The notes under the pieces: generated by a model | Seen by the model: the letters and a program-made list of their open reading frames with translations, nothing else | What the model was told of the DNA's origin: nothing | The model's database searches: none | Assembly (NCBI GenBank): GCA_902616715.1 | Contig: CACMTR010000003.1 | Location: 16,302-80,301 of the forward strand | Reading direction: 5' to 3' | DNA length: 64,000 bases | Source: an uncultured SAR86 cluster bacterium | Lineage (GTDB): Bacteria > Pseudomonadota > Gammaproteobacteria > Magnimaribacterales > AG-339-G14 | Shown: piece by piece, positions 1 through 10,057 of the stretch | Layout: the number at the start of each line of letters is the position of its first letter | Position numbering within the stretch: the first letter of the stretch is position 1 | Position numbers and translations under genes: made by a program

Positions 1-78
1 TTTGCTTTAGGCGCAATTGCAGCCATTAAATGGATCCAACATCAAAAGCCAGGCTTGTATAATTTAAGTAATATTTAA
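1..78 (+). CDS. dapB: C-terminal fragment of 4-hydroxy-tetrahydrodipicolinate reductase (DapB), truncated by the window edge
   Basis: An open frame runs off the 5' edge: FALGAIAAIKWIQHQKPGLYNLSNI*. It resembles the extreme C-terminus of DapB (E. coli ...[28 protein letters not shown], from memory). Only 25 codons are visible, so the call is tentative. Confidence 0.45.
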   Translation, partial: FALGAIAAIKWIQHQKPGLYNLSNI

Positions 79-252
79 TTTTCTCTTTGTTGATTCACTC
101 AATTATGTTTTAATCCTCTTCGGATTATTAGAATCTAAATTGCACTTAGAATTTTCCAATATTTGGGTGCTAGATTTGCTCAAGTCTAGTTAAATATTTT
201 TTTCTAAGGAAGTTTAACCCAAGCCAAATGGCTTACAAAAAAAGGAGCTTTA
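79..252 (+). promoter_or_regulatory. rpsB upstream region / candidate structured 5' leader
   Basis: This 174-nt gap is the longest non-coding stretch in the window. Four hairpins can be folded by eye: 111-116/122-127 TAATCC/GGATTA; 134-138/146-150 TCTAA/TTAGA; 170-175/184-189 CTAGAT/GTCTAG; 221-225/230-234 AAGCC/GGCTT. An AAGGAG SD lies at 242-247, 5 nt before the ATG. In E. coli, S2 autoregulates rpsB-tsf through the 5' UTR. Equivalence to that structure is untested, and I could not place a convincing -35/-10 pair. Confidence 0.3.
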
Positions 253-1095
253 ATGGATATTTCCATAGAACAAATGCTTAAAGCAGGCGTCCACTTCGGA
301 CACCAAACTCGTTTCTGGAATCCAAAAATGGAAAACTACATTTTTGGAAATAGAAACAAAGTCCACATAATAAATTTAGAAAAAACTTTAGAACTTCTCA
401 AGCCATCTATAGATTTTTGTTCTCAACTTGCAGCATCCAATAATAGAATTCTTTTTGTAGGTACTAAAAGAGCTGCCAGCAGAGTAATTAAAGAAGAGGC
501 TGAAAGATGCAATATGCCTTATGTGAATTATCGATGGCTTGGAGGAATGCTCACTAATTATAAAACAGTTAGAGCTTCAATTAGAAGACTTGAAATTCTC
601 AAAACACAAGAAGAGGAGGGGAAATTTGAGAATTTAACAAAAAAAGAAGTTTTAGGAATTAAAAGAGAAATGGACAAATTAGAACGTTCCATTGGCGGCA
701 TAAAGAATATGGGGGGATTACCAGAAGCTTTATTCGTTGTAGATGTTAAAAACGAAAAAATTGCTGTTTCAGAAGCCAGAAAAATGGGAATTCCAATAAT
801 TGGAATTGTGGATACTAATTCTGATCCTGATTGCGTGGATTACATAATTCCTGGTAATGATGACGCAATCAGATCAGTTTCTCTCTTGACTAGAATAATT
901 TCAAACGCTTGTCTTGAAGGCGCGTCGAAAGCAACTGGAATTATTTCAGGAGATGGACCTGTAATTGTCAGAAAAGGTGAGGAAGCAAAACAAACTTCTA
1001 CTAGCGATGTTGAAGAAAAAATTCCTGCAAAAGTGGAAGTTTCCGAAGAAAAAGATGAGGTTGATCCATCAAAAAAAGATGAAACAAATGAATAA
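253..1095 (+). CDS. rpsB: 30S ribosomal protein S2
   Basis: 280 aa. S2 signature [15 protein letters not shown] and LGGMLTN. Followed by tsf as in all gammaproteobacteria. Has a roughly 40-aa acidic/lysine-rich C-terminal tail. Confidence 0.97.
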   Translation: MDISIEQMLKAGVHFGHQTRFWNPKMENYIFGNRNKVHIINLEKTLELLKPSIDFCSQLAASNNRILFVGTKRAASRVIKEEAERCNMPYVNYRWLGGMLTNYKTVRASIRRLEILKTQEEEGKFENLTKKEVLGIKREMDKLERSIGGIKNMGGLPEALFVVDVKNEKIAVSEARKMGIPIIGIVDTNSDPDCVDYIIPGNDDAIRSVSLLTRIISNACLEGASKATGIISGDGPVIVRKGEEAKQTSTSDVEEKIPAKVEVSEEKDEVDPSKKDETNE

Positions 1096-1156
1096 TCTTC
1101 TCATGATTTCAAAGAATAAATGGAAAATTTTGTTAAAACTTTCGGAGTATTAAGCC

Positions 1157-2014
1157 ATGACTATAAAAGCAAGTGAAGTTAAACTTTTAAGAGACAAAAC
1201 CGGTCTTGGAATGATGGAGTGCAAAAAGGCGCTTTTAGAGTCGGAAGGTGACATTGATTTAGCAATTACTAATCTTAGAAAGAATAGTGCTTTGAAAGCT
1301 GAAAAAAAATCACTAAGAACAGCTGCCGAAGGGAAAATTTTGTCTAAAATAGATTCATCAAATAATATTGCAATTCTCTTAGAAATAAATTGTGAAACTG
1401 ATTTTGTAGCCAAGGATCAGAGCTTTATAGATTTTTGTGATGATACTCTTGATTACTGTTTAAAAAATTTCGATTCATCTCTAGAGGTTTTACATGAAAA
1501 CTACTTGGAAGAAAAAAGACAGAGTTTAATTCAGAAAATCGGTGAGAACATCGTCATAAGAAGGAAAGAGGTCATCAATTCTGAATTTATTTACTCATAC
1601 ATACATGGAAATAATAAGATTGGTTCAATCCTTTCTATTTCTAAAGAAAACGATGTTATTGGAAATGATGTAGCAATGCATATAGCTGCTTCTGCTCCTT
1701 TAGTCATTAGTGCCGATGATCTTGATGCAGGATTAATAAATAAAGAGAAAGAAATAATTCTTGCGCAAGTAGCTGACTCAAATAAACCTAAAGATATCCT
1801 GGAAAAGATGGTTTCCGGTAGGTTAGAAAAATTCAAATCGGAAGTTTCCTTGCTAAGCCAACCTTTTGTTAAAGATCCTTCACAAAAAATTCAAAATCTT
1901 ATAAAAGAAAATTCGATAGAAGTTCTTGAGTTTTTTAGATACGAACTAGGAGAGGGCATTGAGGTTGAAAAGATGGATTTTGCTGAAGAAGTAAAATCTC
2001 AATTAGAAAATTAA
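1157..2014 (+). CDS. tsf: translation elongation factor Ts
   Basis: 285 aa. N-terminal UBA-like VKLLRDKTGLGMMECKKAL. Conserved rpsB-tsf-pyrH context. Confidence 0.95.
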   Translation: MTIKASEVKLLRDKTGLGMMECKKALLESEGDIDLAITNLRKNSALKAEKKSLRTAAEGKILSKIDSSNNIAILLEINCETDFVAKDQSFIDFCDDTLDYCLKNFDSSLEVLHENYLEEKRQSLIQKIGENIVIRRKEVINSEFIYSYIHGNNKIGSILSISKENDVIGNDVAMHIAASAPLVISADDLDAGLINKEKEIILAQVADSNKPKDILEKMVSGRLEKFKSEVSLLSQPFVKDPSQKIQNLIKENSIEVLEFFRYELGEGIEVEKMDFAEEVKSQLEN

Positions 2015-2016
2015 AA

Positions 2017-2733
2017 ATGGCTAAAACGAGAAGAGTACTACTCAAAGTAAGTGGAGAGTGGTTTTCAGGATCAAATGAAAAGGGATTTGATAAAAAAACT
2101 TTTGTTAGTTTATCTGAGTCGTTGTTGGCAGCTAAAAAAAATAAGATACAAATAGCATTAGTCCTTGGTGGAGGAAATATTTATAGAGGAAGAGAATTAA
2201 CTTCTTTAAACATAGATCAGGTTTCTGCAGATTATATTGGGATGTTGTCTACCATAATGAACGGCATAGCCCTTTCAAATTTTTTGTCGTCAAATAACTG
2301 CGAAAATAGTCTCTTTTCTTCTTTTGCTATAGGAAATTTTGTAAAAGCTTATAGTAAGGAAGAAGCAGAAAAATCTTTAGTTGAAGACAAAATTGTTATA
2401 TTAGTTGGTGGACTAGGGAACCCATTATTTACAACAGACTCAACAGCTAGCGTAAGGGCAGTAGAATTAAACTCCGATGTAATGCTGAAAGCTACTAATG
2501 TTGATGGAGTTTATTCAGATGATCCAAAAGTAAATAAAGAAGCTATTAAATATAAGCATTTATCATTTGATAAAGCTATTACAAAAAATTTGAAGGTTAT
2601 GGATCAAACTTCTTTGTGCTTCTGCAGAGACAATAATTTAAGTGTCAGAGTATTTAATGCTGATGCAGAAGGAGCTATTTTAGAAGCTATCATTAATGAA
2701 AATACAGATATTGGAACTTTAGTTGAGTTATAA
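2017..2733 (+). CDS. pyrH: UMP kinase
   Basis: 238 aa. RVLLKVSGE and LGGGNIYRG motifs. Sits between tsf and frr. Confidence 0.95.
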   Translation: MAKTRRVLLKVSGEWFSGSNEKGFDKKTFVSLSESLLAAKKNKIQIALVLGGGNIYRGRELTSLNIDQVSADYIGMLSTIMNGIALSNFLSSNNCENSLFSSFAIGNFVKAYSKEEAEKSLVEDKIVILVGGLGNPLFTTDSTASVRAVELNSDVMLKATNVDGVYSDDPKVNKEAIKYKHLSFDKAITKNLKVMDQTSLCFCRDNNLSVRVFNADAEGAILEAIINENTDIGTLVEL

Positions 2734-2735
2734 AA

Positions 2736-3293
2736 ATGATTGATGATATTCTTGACGACGCAAATAAAGGTATGGGTAAAACTTTAGAAGCGCTTGATAT
2801 AGCTTTTAAAAGAATTAGAACTGGACGAGCAAATACTTCTCTGTTGGATGCTATCGAAATAGACTACTATGGAAATTTGACACCACTCAAACAAGTATCA
2901 AATATTTCTATTGAAGATGCTAAAACCCTCGCAATAGTTCCTTGGGAGAAAGATAATGTCCCATTAATAGAGAAAGCAATCCACCAGTCTGATCTTGGAT
3001 TGCAGCCAATAACTTCTGGAGAAACAATAAGGGTTATTCTTCCAGATCTAACTGAGGAAACTAGAAAAGATTTAATTAAGGTTGCTAAATCAGAAGCTGA
3101 AAATTCAAAAGTGTCGATAAGAAACCAAAGAAGAGATGCTAATGGCTTATTAAAAGAGTATTTTAATGAAAAAGAAATTTCTGAAGACGATCTTAAAAAA
3201 GGAGAAATTTTAATTCAAGAAGTCACAGACCAGCATGTTGAAAAAGTAGATTCACTCTTAAGGGAAAAAGAAAAAGATCTCTTAGAAATCTAG
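2736..3293 (+). CDS. frr: ribosome recycling factor
   Basis: 185 aa. IRTGRANTSLLD motif and the typical length. Confidence 0.95.
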   Translation: MIDDILDDANKGMGKTLEALDIAFKRIRTGRANTSLLDAIEIDYYGNLTPLKQVSNISIEDAKTLAIVPWEKDNVPLIEKAIHQSDLGLQPITSGETIRVILPDLTEETRKDLIKVAKSEAENSKVSIRNQRRDANGLLKEYFNEKEISEDDLKKGEILIQEVTDQHVEKVDSLLREKEKDLLEI

Positions 3294-3294
3294 T

Positions 3295-4014
3295 ATGAGC
3301 TCTAATCCTAATCATGTTGCTATCATTATGGATGGTAACTCTAGATGGGCTAAACAAAATAATCTTTCACAAAAAGAAGGGCATAAAGCTGGGGTAAAAG
3401 CAGCAAGGAATGCAATAGAATTCGCTGTAAAGAATGATATTAAATATTTGACTCTTTATGCCTTCAGTACAGAAAATTGGAAACGTAGCAAAAAAGAAGT
3501 TAAATCGTTAATGGAGCTTTTTGTTGATGCAATGAAAGAAGAAACACCAGAATTAATTAAAAACTCTGTTAGAGCAAATTTCATAGGAGATATTTCGAGG
3601 CTTAAAAAATCCATAATTGTTAAAATTGCTGAAACAAAGGGTTTAACCGGCGCTTACAAGCCTAAGATGAGTTTAAATATAGCAATTAGTTACGGGGGAA
3701 GATGGGACGTAGTTCAAGCCGCAAAAAAAATTGCCATAGATTTTTCAAAAAATAAATTATCAGAAAAAAGCATAAACGAGAAGCTATTTAATTCTTATCT
3801 TGATACATCTTACTCCCCAGATCCAGACCTGGTCATAAGAACAGGAAATGAATCGAGATTAAGTAATTTTTTAATTTGGCAGGCAGCATATTCAGAACTT
3901 ATTTTTTTTAGAAAATTGTGGCCTGATTTCAATAAAAGTGATTTTAAGAGAGCCTTGGATAATTATAAAAAAAGAAAAAGAAGTTTTGGAAAAAGACCTA
4001 ATAAAAATGTTTAA
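3295..4014 (+). CDS. uppS: ditrans,polycis-undecaprenyl-diphosphate synthase
   Basis: 239 aa. HVAIIMDGNSRWA and IRTGNESRLSNFLIWQAAYSE motifs. Confidence 0.95.
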   Translation: MSSNPNHVAIIMDGNSRWAKQNNLSQKEGHKAGVKAARNAIEFAVKNDIKYLTLYAFSTENWKRSKKEVKSLMELFVDAMKEETPELIKNSVRANFIGDISRLKKSIIVKIAETKGLTGAYKPKMSLNIAISYGGRWDVVQAAKKIAIDFSKNKLSEKSINEKLFNSYLDTSYSPDPDLVIRTGNESRLSNFLIWQAAYSELIFFRKLWPDFNKSDFKRALDNYKKRKRSFGKRPNKNV

Positions 4015-4639
4015 AAGAGAAATTACAGGATTAATTTTAGCTTCATTAGCAACAATTTTAATTTTTTTTTCCAATTTAGAAATTTTCTACTTAATGCTTT
4101 TATTGGTATGTTTTCTATTAACTTTTGAATTAGTAAAAGTAACTAATGAAATGAATATTTTTTTTTGGATTCAAATATTTTTTATAATTTTAATTATTCT
4201 CTTTTTACCAACCTTCGAAAAATTTAGACAATTATTTTTTATTGGAATTATGATATCTGTCTTGACCGATGCTGGAGCCTATTATGTCGGCAAAACAATA
4301 GGTAACATAAAAATTTTTCCAACTACTAGCCCAAATAAAACTCTCGAAGGAATTATTGGAGGAAGTTTATTTTGTGTAGTTTTTCTATCAATGCTGTTTT
4401 GGTACTTTCCTTCGTTTTTTACTCTGAATACTAATTTAACAGTATTTGTTTTTTTAATTATTATTTCTTCTTTAGCGAGTATCTTTGGGGATTATTTACA
4501 AAGTAGATTTAAACGCACTCAAGGAGTTAAAGACTCAGGAAATATACTTCCAGGGCATGGAGGATTATCAGATAGATTGGATAGTCACTTAGTTACATTG
4601 CCAGTGTTCTTTGGTTTAATAAATTTTTTTGGGTTATGA
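4007..4639 (+). CDS. cdsA: phosphatidate cytidylyltransferase (CDP-diglyceride synthase)
   Basis: C-terminal signature SRFKRTQGVKDSGNILPGHGGLSDRLDS and multiple TM helices. I moved the start to ATG 4007 (MFKREITGL), which gives an ATGTTTAA overlap with the uppS stop. The ORF-track start at 3938 lies deep inside uppS. At about 210 aa it is short for the family. Confidence 0.85.
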   Translation: MFKREITGLILASLATILIFFSNLEIFYLMLLLVCFLLTFELVKVTNEMNIFFWIQIFFIILIILFLPTFEKFRQLFFIGIMISVLTDAGAYYVGKTIGNIKIFPTTSPNKTLEGIIGGSLFCVVFLSMLFWYFPSFFTLNTNLTVFVFLIIISSLASIFGDYLQSRFKRTQGVKDSGNILPGHGGLSDRLDSHLVTLPVFFGLINFFGL

Positions 4640-5775
4640 ATAAAATTTTAATTTTAGGATCGACTGGTTCCATAGGTAAATCTGCTTTGGAAGTAATAAA
4701 AGGTAATGATGGATATTCAATAAAATCTTTAGTTGCCAGAAATAATAAAAAATTAATTCTTGAACAGGCAAAAGAAGCAAATGTAACCAACGTTTTTCTT
4801 TCTGAAAATGTTTTTGAAAAAAAGGATTTGAAAAGTTGTCGTAATTTATTCGTCTCCGATAGTTTAGACGAATTATTAGAAGATAAAGATATAGATACTG
4901 TAATAGCCGCCTTTTCAGGAATTGTAGGAATAGATTCAATATTGAAGTCTATAAGAGAGGGGAAAAAGATACTTATTGCAAATAAGGAGCCGCTGGTAGT
5001 AGCAGGAAAAATACTTCTATCAGAAGCAAAAAAATATGGCGCTACCATTATTCCAATTGATTCTGAACATTGCGCAATTCATCAGTGCCTAAATAATGTA
5101 GAGAGAAAAGACGTAAAAAGTGTAAGCATAACTTGCTCGGGAGGGCCTTTTTGGGGCAAAAAGATTTCAGATACTGAAAATGTAACAATTGAGGAAGCAA
5201 AAAAACATCCAGTTTGGAATATGGGGGATAAAAATCTTATTGATTCGGCAAGTCTAATGAATAAAGCTTTAGAAATTATTGAAGCAAGATGGCTTTTTGA
5301 TTTAGAACCTGAGAAGATAAAGGTAATTATCCATCCTCAAAGTATTATTCACGCAATAATTGAAAATATTGATGGTTCGTGTATCGCTTCATTATCAACC
5401 CCAGATATGAAGATATGTCTAGCTTACGGTCTTGGGTATCCAGGTAAGATAAAATCTTTCACAAAATCTCTAGATCTAGCGAAGTTAGGTAAACTAGAAT
5501 TTTTCAATCACCTTGAAACAGATTTTCCTTCGATTGAATTCGCTTATAGAGCGCTAGAAGGAGACGAGACTATTCCGGTTGCTTTAAATTCTGCAAATGA
5601 AATAGCTGTTAGTTATTTCCTTAATAATAAAGTGAAGTTCAATTCAATCTTTGCAGCAGTAGACTATACTATGAATGTATTTGAAGGGAGGTCCTCAAAA
5701 TCAAATTTAAGTATTGAAGACTTGTTGGAAATTGATAAAGAAGCTAAATCAATTGCTTCTAATTTTTTAAATTAA
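4636..5775 (+). CDS. dxr: 1-deoxy-D-xylulose 5-phosphate reductoisomerase
   Basis: 379 aa. ILGSTGSIGKSAL NADPH-binding N-terminus, plus NKEPLV and DSEH motifs. ATGA overlap with the cdsA stop. The uppS-cdsA-dxr order is the Pseudomonas type. Confidence 0.95.
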   Translation: MNKILILGSTGSIGKSALEVIKGNDGYSIKSLVARNNKKLILEQAKEANVTNVFLSENVFEKKDLKSCRNLFVSDSLDELLEDKDIDTVIAAFSGIVGIDSILKSIREGKKILIANKEPLVVAGKILLSEAKKYGATIIPIDSEHCAIHQCLNNVERKDVKSVSITCSGGPFWGKKISDTENVTIEEAKKHPVWNMGDKNLIDSASLMNKALEIIEARWLFDLEPEKIKVIIHPQSIIHAIIENIDGSCIASLSTPDMKICLAYGLGYPGKIKSFTKSLDLAKLGKLEFFNHLETDFPSIEFAYRALEGDETIPVALNSANEIAVSYFLNNKVKFNSIFAAVDYTMNVFEGRSSKSNLSIEDLLEIDKEAKSIASNFLN

Positions 5776-5777
5776 AA

Positions 5778-7118
5778 ATGATAGAAATACTTTCTTATTT
5801 ACTCGGATTCCTAGCCTTAATAATGGTCATAACTGCTATCCATGAAGCAGGTCATTTTTATGTTGCAAGATTTTTTAAGGTTAAGATTTTAGATTTCTCA
5901 ATAGGGATGGGAAAAAGTTTGAAAAGTTGGATTGGAAGGGATGGAACTTCTTACAACCTCCGATTATTTCCTATTGGTGGGTATGTAAAAATGTTGGGTG
6001 AAGATGTTTCAGATATTAAAGAATCTACTGGACAAGATTCGTTCGTTTCGAAAAAATATTATCAAAAGGTTTTTATACTTTTTGCTGGTCCGTTAGCTAA
6101 TTTTATTTTAGCGGTAGTAATTTTTACATGTTTAAACATTTACGGATCAACAGCTCTATCTTCAAAAGTTGGTTATATTTTGCCGGAAAGCAAAGCTGCA
6201 GTCGCGACTATAGAAGAAGGAGATGTTATTTTAGAAGTTGATGGTGAAAAAGTTGAAACGAGAGCTGAAGTTCAGGTTGGTTTGTCTAGACGTCTAGGAG
6301 AATCAGGAGTTATTAGCTTTTTAATTGATTCAAAAGGGGTGCTTAAAGATAAAACGATTCCTATTCAAGATTGGTTGATTGGAGAAGAGCCAAAAGACCT
6401 TTTAGCAAGTTTAGGAATAGGCTTACCAATTACTTCGGAAATCGGTAGCGTCATTAAAGATGGTCCAGCATATAGAGCAGGAATATTAGCCGGAGACAAG
6501 ATAAATTCAATTGATGCTGAGTCGGTATCTAGTTGGGGTCAAATAAAAAAAATTATAAATAATTCCGTCGGAATGCCTATTAAAATTACTCTAGTTAGGG
6601 AAGAAATGGAGATTGTAAAAAATGTTTATCCAAAGCTCTCAGATTCTGTTTGGATTATAGGTATATCTTCTGCAAATAAGTTTTCTGAAGATTCTTTTGT
6701 ATATAAATCTTACTCTCCAATTACAGCTTTTAAAAAAGCAGTTAATCAGACTTACTCAACAGTAATAGATTCATTTGTATTTTTGTACAAGATGATTACT
6801 GGTTATGTTTCTCCTAAAAATCTAGGAGGCCCTGTAATGATTGGACAGTTTGCGGGAGAAACTATTTTATACGGAGGTTTATATTCTTTCTTGATGCTTA
6901 TGAGTTTTGTAAGTATTGGGCTTGGAGTTATAAATTTGGTTCCTATCCCAATTTTAGATGGCGGACAAATCTGTCTTTTAACAATTGAAAAAATTAAAGG
7001 CTCTCCTATTTCTCCTAAAACTTTAGATTTTGTTTATAGAGTTGGACTCTCAATGGTTCTTTTTTTGATGGTTTTTGTTTTTATAAACGATATTTCAAGA
7101 CTTTCAGGTGTTTTATAA
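5778..7118 (+). CDS. rseP: RIP zinc metalloprotease RseP (site-2 protease)
   Basis: 446 aa. HEAGHF (HExxH) in the first TM helix, a central PDZ-like region, and a C-terminal NLVPIPILDGG motif. Confidence 0.9.
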   Translation: MIEILSYLLGFLALIMVITAIHEAGHFYVARFFKVKILDFSIGMGKSLKSWIGRDGTSYNLRLFPIGGYVKMLGEDVSDIKESTGQDSFVSKKYYQKVFILFAGPLANFILAVVIFTCLNIYGSTALSSKVGYILPESKAAVATIEEGDVILEVDGEKVETRAEVQVGLSRRLGESGVISFLIDSKGVLKDKTIPIQDWLIGEEPKDLLASLGIGLPITSEIGSVIKDGPAYRAGILAGDKINSIDAESVSSWGQIKKIINNSVGMPIKITLVREEMEIVKNVYPKLSDSVWIIGISSANKFSEDSFVYKSYSPITAFKKAVNQTYSTVIDSFVFLYKMITGYVSPKNLGGPVMIGQFAGETILYGGLYSFLMLMSFVSIGLGVINLVPIPILDGGQICLLTIEKIKGSPISPKTLDFVYRVGLSMVLFLMVFVFINDISRLSGVL

Positions 7119-9440
7119 ATGAAAAAAGTTTTAAAAAAAATATTTTTTTTGTTGATTTTGTCATTGCCGACTTTCTTGTTTTCTTCATCTTGGGTAATTG
7201 AAGATATTCGAATAAGTGGCTTGCAAAGAGTTTCAGCTGGAAGTGTATTTTCCGAAATTCCATTTTCTATAGGTGATTCGATAGGCCAGGATGAAATTGT
7301 ACAAATTTCCAAATCCATCTTTGCATCAGGCCAATTCGACGATATTCAAATAGGTAGAGACGGTAATGCTTTGCTAATTAATTTAACTGAAAGGCCTACA
7401 ATAGACGAAATTGTTATTGAAGGAAATGAGGCTATTAAAACAGAAAATTTATTAGACGGTCTCAAAAACTCGGGAATTTTTGAAGGGGCTTTATTCCGAA
7501 GATCTGTTTTTGAAAACCTAAGTTCTGAATTAGAAAGACAATATGTTTCTCAAGGAAAATATGGTGCTTCTGTGGAAGTATTGTCAGATTCTCTTCCTAG
7601 AAATCGAGTAAAGCTTAGCGTAGAGATTGAAGAAGGCGAGACTGCAGAACTGAAATCCATAAACATCGTAGGAAATAAAATTTTTGCTGAAGAAGAATTA
7701 AAAAAGGTTTTAAAATTAAAACCAAGATCATGGCTATCCATTTTTAGAACTAATACTCCTTATTCAAAAGAAAATCTAAGAGGGGACTTAGAAAGTTTAG
7801 AGTCTTTCTATAAAAACAGAGGATATCTTAACTTTTCAGTAAATAACTCAATTATTTCTATTTCAGAAGACAAACAGGAACTGTTTATTACGATAGATAT
7901 TTTTGAAGGAGACATATATAAGATTAATGAAATTACACTTGCAGGGGATTTACCTATTGATGAAGAAATTGTTAATAGATTGATTTTTGCTCAAAACGGT
8001 TCTATTTTTTCTCAAGAGTTAATTACTTTTTCTGAAGAGAGCATTAATAATCTTTTAAATAATGAAGGATTTCTTTTTTCAGAAGTATCAGGAAATATTA
8101 AGAAAGTTGAGGAAAATCTTGTTGACGTAGTTTTTTTCATAGAACCAGGACAAAGGACTTATATTAGAAATATAAATTTTACTGGTAATGATAGAACCCA
8201 TGATGTTGTACTAAGGAGAGAAATGAGACAAATGGAGGGAGCTTGGGCTTCTAACTCTTTATTAGAAAGATCTAAATTAAGATTAGATCGTTTAGGATTC
8301 TTTAAACAAGTGAACTATGAAAAAGTTCCTGTTCCGGGAGAAAAAGATAAGGTAGATATTGAGTTTATAGTTGAAGAAGAATTTTCAGGCTCAATAGCTG
8401 GCAGTTTAGGGTATGGTGCATATGGTTTCAGCCTTGGCGCAAATTATTCCGAGAGTAATGCTTTTGGAACTGGTAATAGTATTGGGATTGGGATTAATTA
8501 TAGTGATTGGCAAACAAATATTTCTTTTAATTTCTTTGATCCATACTTCAATCCTGATGGTATTGGTTTAGGTTATGGAGCTTATATAAGGTCTAGCGAT
8601 TATTCAAATTTCAATATTTCTGCATACAATACAGAATCCTTTGGCGGATCTATTCAATTTGTTCTTCCTATCAACGAGATTTCTCAACTAAGTCTTTCAG
8701 CTGCTATTGATCAGACTGATTTATCTTCTGATGTACTATCTTCAAGACAATTATTAGATTTTATTGCAACTGAAGGTTCCAAATTTGAATCTTTAACTTT
8801 TGGTGCTTCATGGACAAGAAATTCTTTAAATCGTGGAATCTTCCCAACTGCTGGAACATTAAATGTTGTTTCGGGATCAGTGACTGTTCCGGGAAGCTCT
8901 ATAACTTACGGGAGACTTTCACATAGATTCAAGTATTTCAGACCGCTTTCAAATAATTTTATTTTTGGAGTTAGAACTGAAATTGGAGGGCTATTCGCAT
9001 ATGGTGACACTGACACTCCACCTCCTTATGAAAATTTTTATGCGGGGGGTCTAAATTCTGTAAGAGGTTTTGAGCAAAATTCTCTTGGCCCCAGAGCAGT
9101 ATATGATGGATTCTATTCAAACTTTAACCGACCAACTGGTGGAACCTATTCTTTGGAAGGAGGATTAGATTTTATTTTTCCGATACCTTTTTTAGAAGAC
9201 TCAAGATCTGTAAGGAGTTCTCTATTTTTAGATCTCGGAAACGTTTTCAGTGATGAATGTAAATCATATGAGATTAATTGTAATGAGTTTGATCTATCTG
9301 AATTGCGTTATTCAGTTGGAGTAGGAGTAACCTGGATAACAGCTTTGGGACCAATGTCTTTTGCAATCTCTTCTGTATTTGGCGATGATGAATTTGATGA
9401 GACAGAAACTTTCCAATTTGAAATTGGCAATCAATTTTAA
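7119..9440 (+). CDS. bamA: outer membrane protein assembly factor BamA
   Basis: 773 aa. Signal peptide, POTRA-like repeats, VRGF motif, and a beta-barrel C-terminus ending in an aromatic residue (..EIGNQF). Position is rseP-bamA-skp. Confidence 0.93.
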   Translation: MKKVLKKIFFLLILSLPTFLFSSSWVIEDIRISGLQRVSAGSVFSEIPFSIGDSIGQDEIVQISKSIFASGQFDDIQIGRDGNALLINLTERPTIDEIVIEGNEAIKTENLLDGLKNSGIFEGALFRRSVFENLSSELERQYVSQGKYGASVEVLSDSLPRNRVKLSVEIEEGETAELKSINIVGNKIFAEEELKKVLKLKPRSWLSIFRTNTPYSKENLRGDLESLESFYKNRGYLNFSVNNSIISISEDKQELFITIDIFEGDIYKINEITLAGDLPIDEEIVNRLIFAQNGSIFSQELITFSEESINNLLNNEGFLFSEVSGNIKKVEENLVDVVFFIEPGQRTYIRNINFTGNDRTHDVVLRREMRQMEGAWASNSLLERSKLRLDRLGFFKQVNYEKVPVPGEKDKVDIEFIVEEEFSGSIAGSLGYGAYGFSLGANYSESNAFGTGNSIGIGINYSDWQTNISFNFFDPYFNPDGIGLGYGAYIRSSDYSNFNISAYNTESFGGSIQFVLPINEISQLSLSAAIDQTDLSSDVLSSRQLLDFIATEGSKFESLTFGASWTRNSLNRGIFPTAGTLNVVSGSVTVPGSSITYGRLSHRFKYFRPLSNNFIFGVRTEIGGLFAYGDTDTPPPYENFYAGGLNSVRGFEQNSLGPRAVYDGFYSNFNRPTGGTYSLEGGLDFIFPIPFLEDSRSVRSSLFLDLGNVFSDECKSYEINCNEFDLSELRYSVGVGVTWITALGPMSFAISSVFGDDEFDETETFQFEIGNQF

Positions 9441-9514
9441 ATATTCTTCTGGAAAAAGACCCTCTTCAGAAGGTAAACTGCGTTAATATTTATTGCTTCA
9501 CAAGGAGAATTTCT

Positions 9515-10048
9515 ATGAAAAAGTTATCTATTTTTGTTACATCTTTGCTAGTTACTATTTTTTCGCTACCCTCTTGGGCTAATTTAGAGGGAGTTGCTGT
9601 AATAGATTATCAAACAATTTTTTTGGGTACAGATTTGGCTAGAACTAGTTTTGAAGAGTTAAGAGAATCTGGAGATTACAAAGAATTAATGGAGGAAGCC
9701 CAACTAAAAGATTCAGAAAGATTGAGTATTGCAGAGGAGCTCAATAAGGATTCATCGACTATGTCTGATGAAGAACAGTCAGAAAAACTAAAAAAGGCTC
9801 AATCCTTATATCAAGACATACAATTCCTAACCCAAAAAATGCAAACTCTTGAAAATGAGGTGGTTCAAAAACTGCAAGCAGATCAAGGCCCGAATGTTCA
9901 GAAAGTAGTAAATGATTTAATTGTTGCAAAAAAAATAACCTTACTTTTCAATAGCCAAGCTCTATTGGCATATGATCGCACCAATCCTCTGATCAATATA
10001 ACTCCAGAGGTTATAGAGCTTTTAAATCAAGCAAATAGTAAAGATTAA
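9515..10048 (+). CDS. skp: periplasmic chaperone Skp (OmpH family)
   Basis: 177 aa. Signal peptide (..LPSWA/N), a charged coiled-coil-like body, and the conserved position between bamA and lpxD. AGGAG SD upstream. Confidence 0.75.
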   Translation: MKKLSIFVTSLLVTIFSLPSWANLEGVAVIDYQTIFLGTDLARTSFEELRESGDYKELMEEAQLKDSERLSIAEELNKDSSTMSDEEQSEKLKKAQSLYQDIQFLTQKMQTLENEVVQKLQADQGPNVQKVVNDLIVAKKITLLFNSQALLAYDRTNPLINITPEVIELLNQANSKD

Positions 10049-10057
10049 TATCTAATT

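Noticed and set aside
965-1153. A 62-aa + strand ORF overlapping the rpsB 3' end in another frame.
   Set aside because: It is a Lys-rich translation of the A-rich region encoding the S2 acidic tail, with no SD and no homology. I take it as a frame artefact.
3938-4006. Longer N-terminal extensions offered by the ORF track: cdsA (3938), holC (26916), pepA (TTG 28390), lptG (TTG 29591), rlmE (TTG 38797), truB (TTG 49321), moeB (GTG 59376) and rimI (TTG 21259).
   Set aside because: In each case an ATG a few codons downstream matches the conserved N-terminus of the family. It also removes or shortens an overlap with the upstream gene. The pepA ATG additionally has a GGAG SD.
4593-5048. A 151-aa ORF antisense to dxr. 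Similar long antisense ORFs exist elsewhere, e.g. 1150..1413, 35326..35637, 52169..52498, 57653..57964, 62444..62764 and 57149..57469.
   Set aside because: Each lies entirely inside a well-supported conserved gene on the opposite strand. They have low-complexity Ser/Phe/Ile/Leu-rich composition with no recognisable motif and no start context. This is the typical shadow frame generated by codon bias of the sense gene.
9446-9472. A hairpin (CTTCTG...CAGAAG) between bamA and skp, considered as a possible terminator.
   Set aside because: It has only a 6-bp stem, a 15-nt loop and no downstream T-tract. skp is normally co-transcribed with bamA. This is not enough to call a terminator or attenuator.
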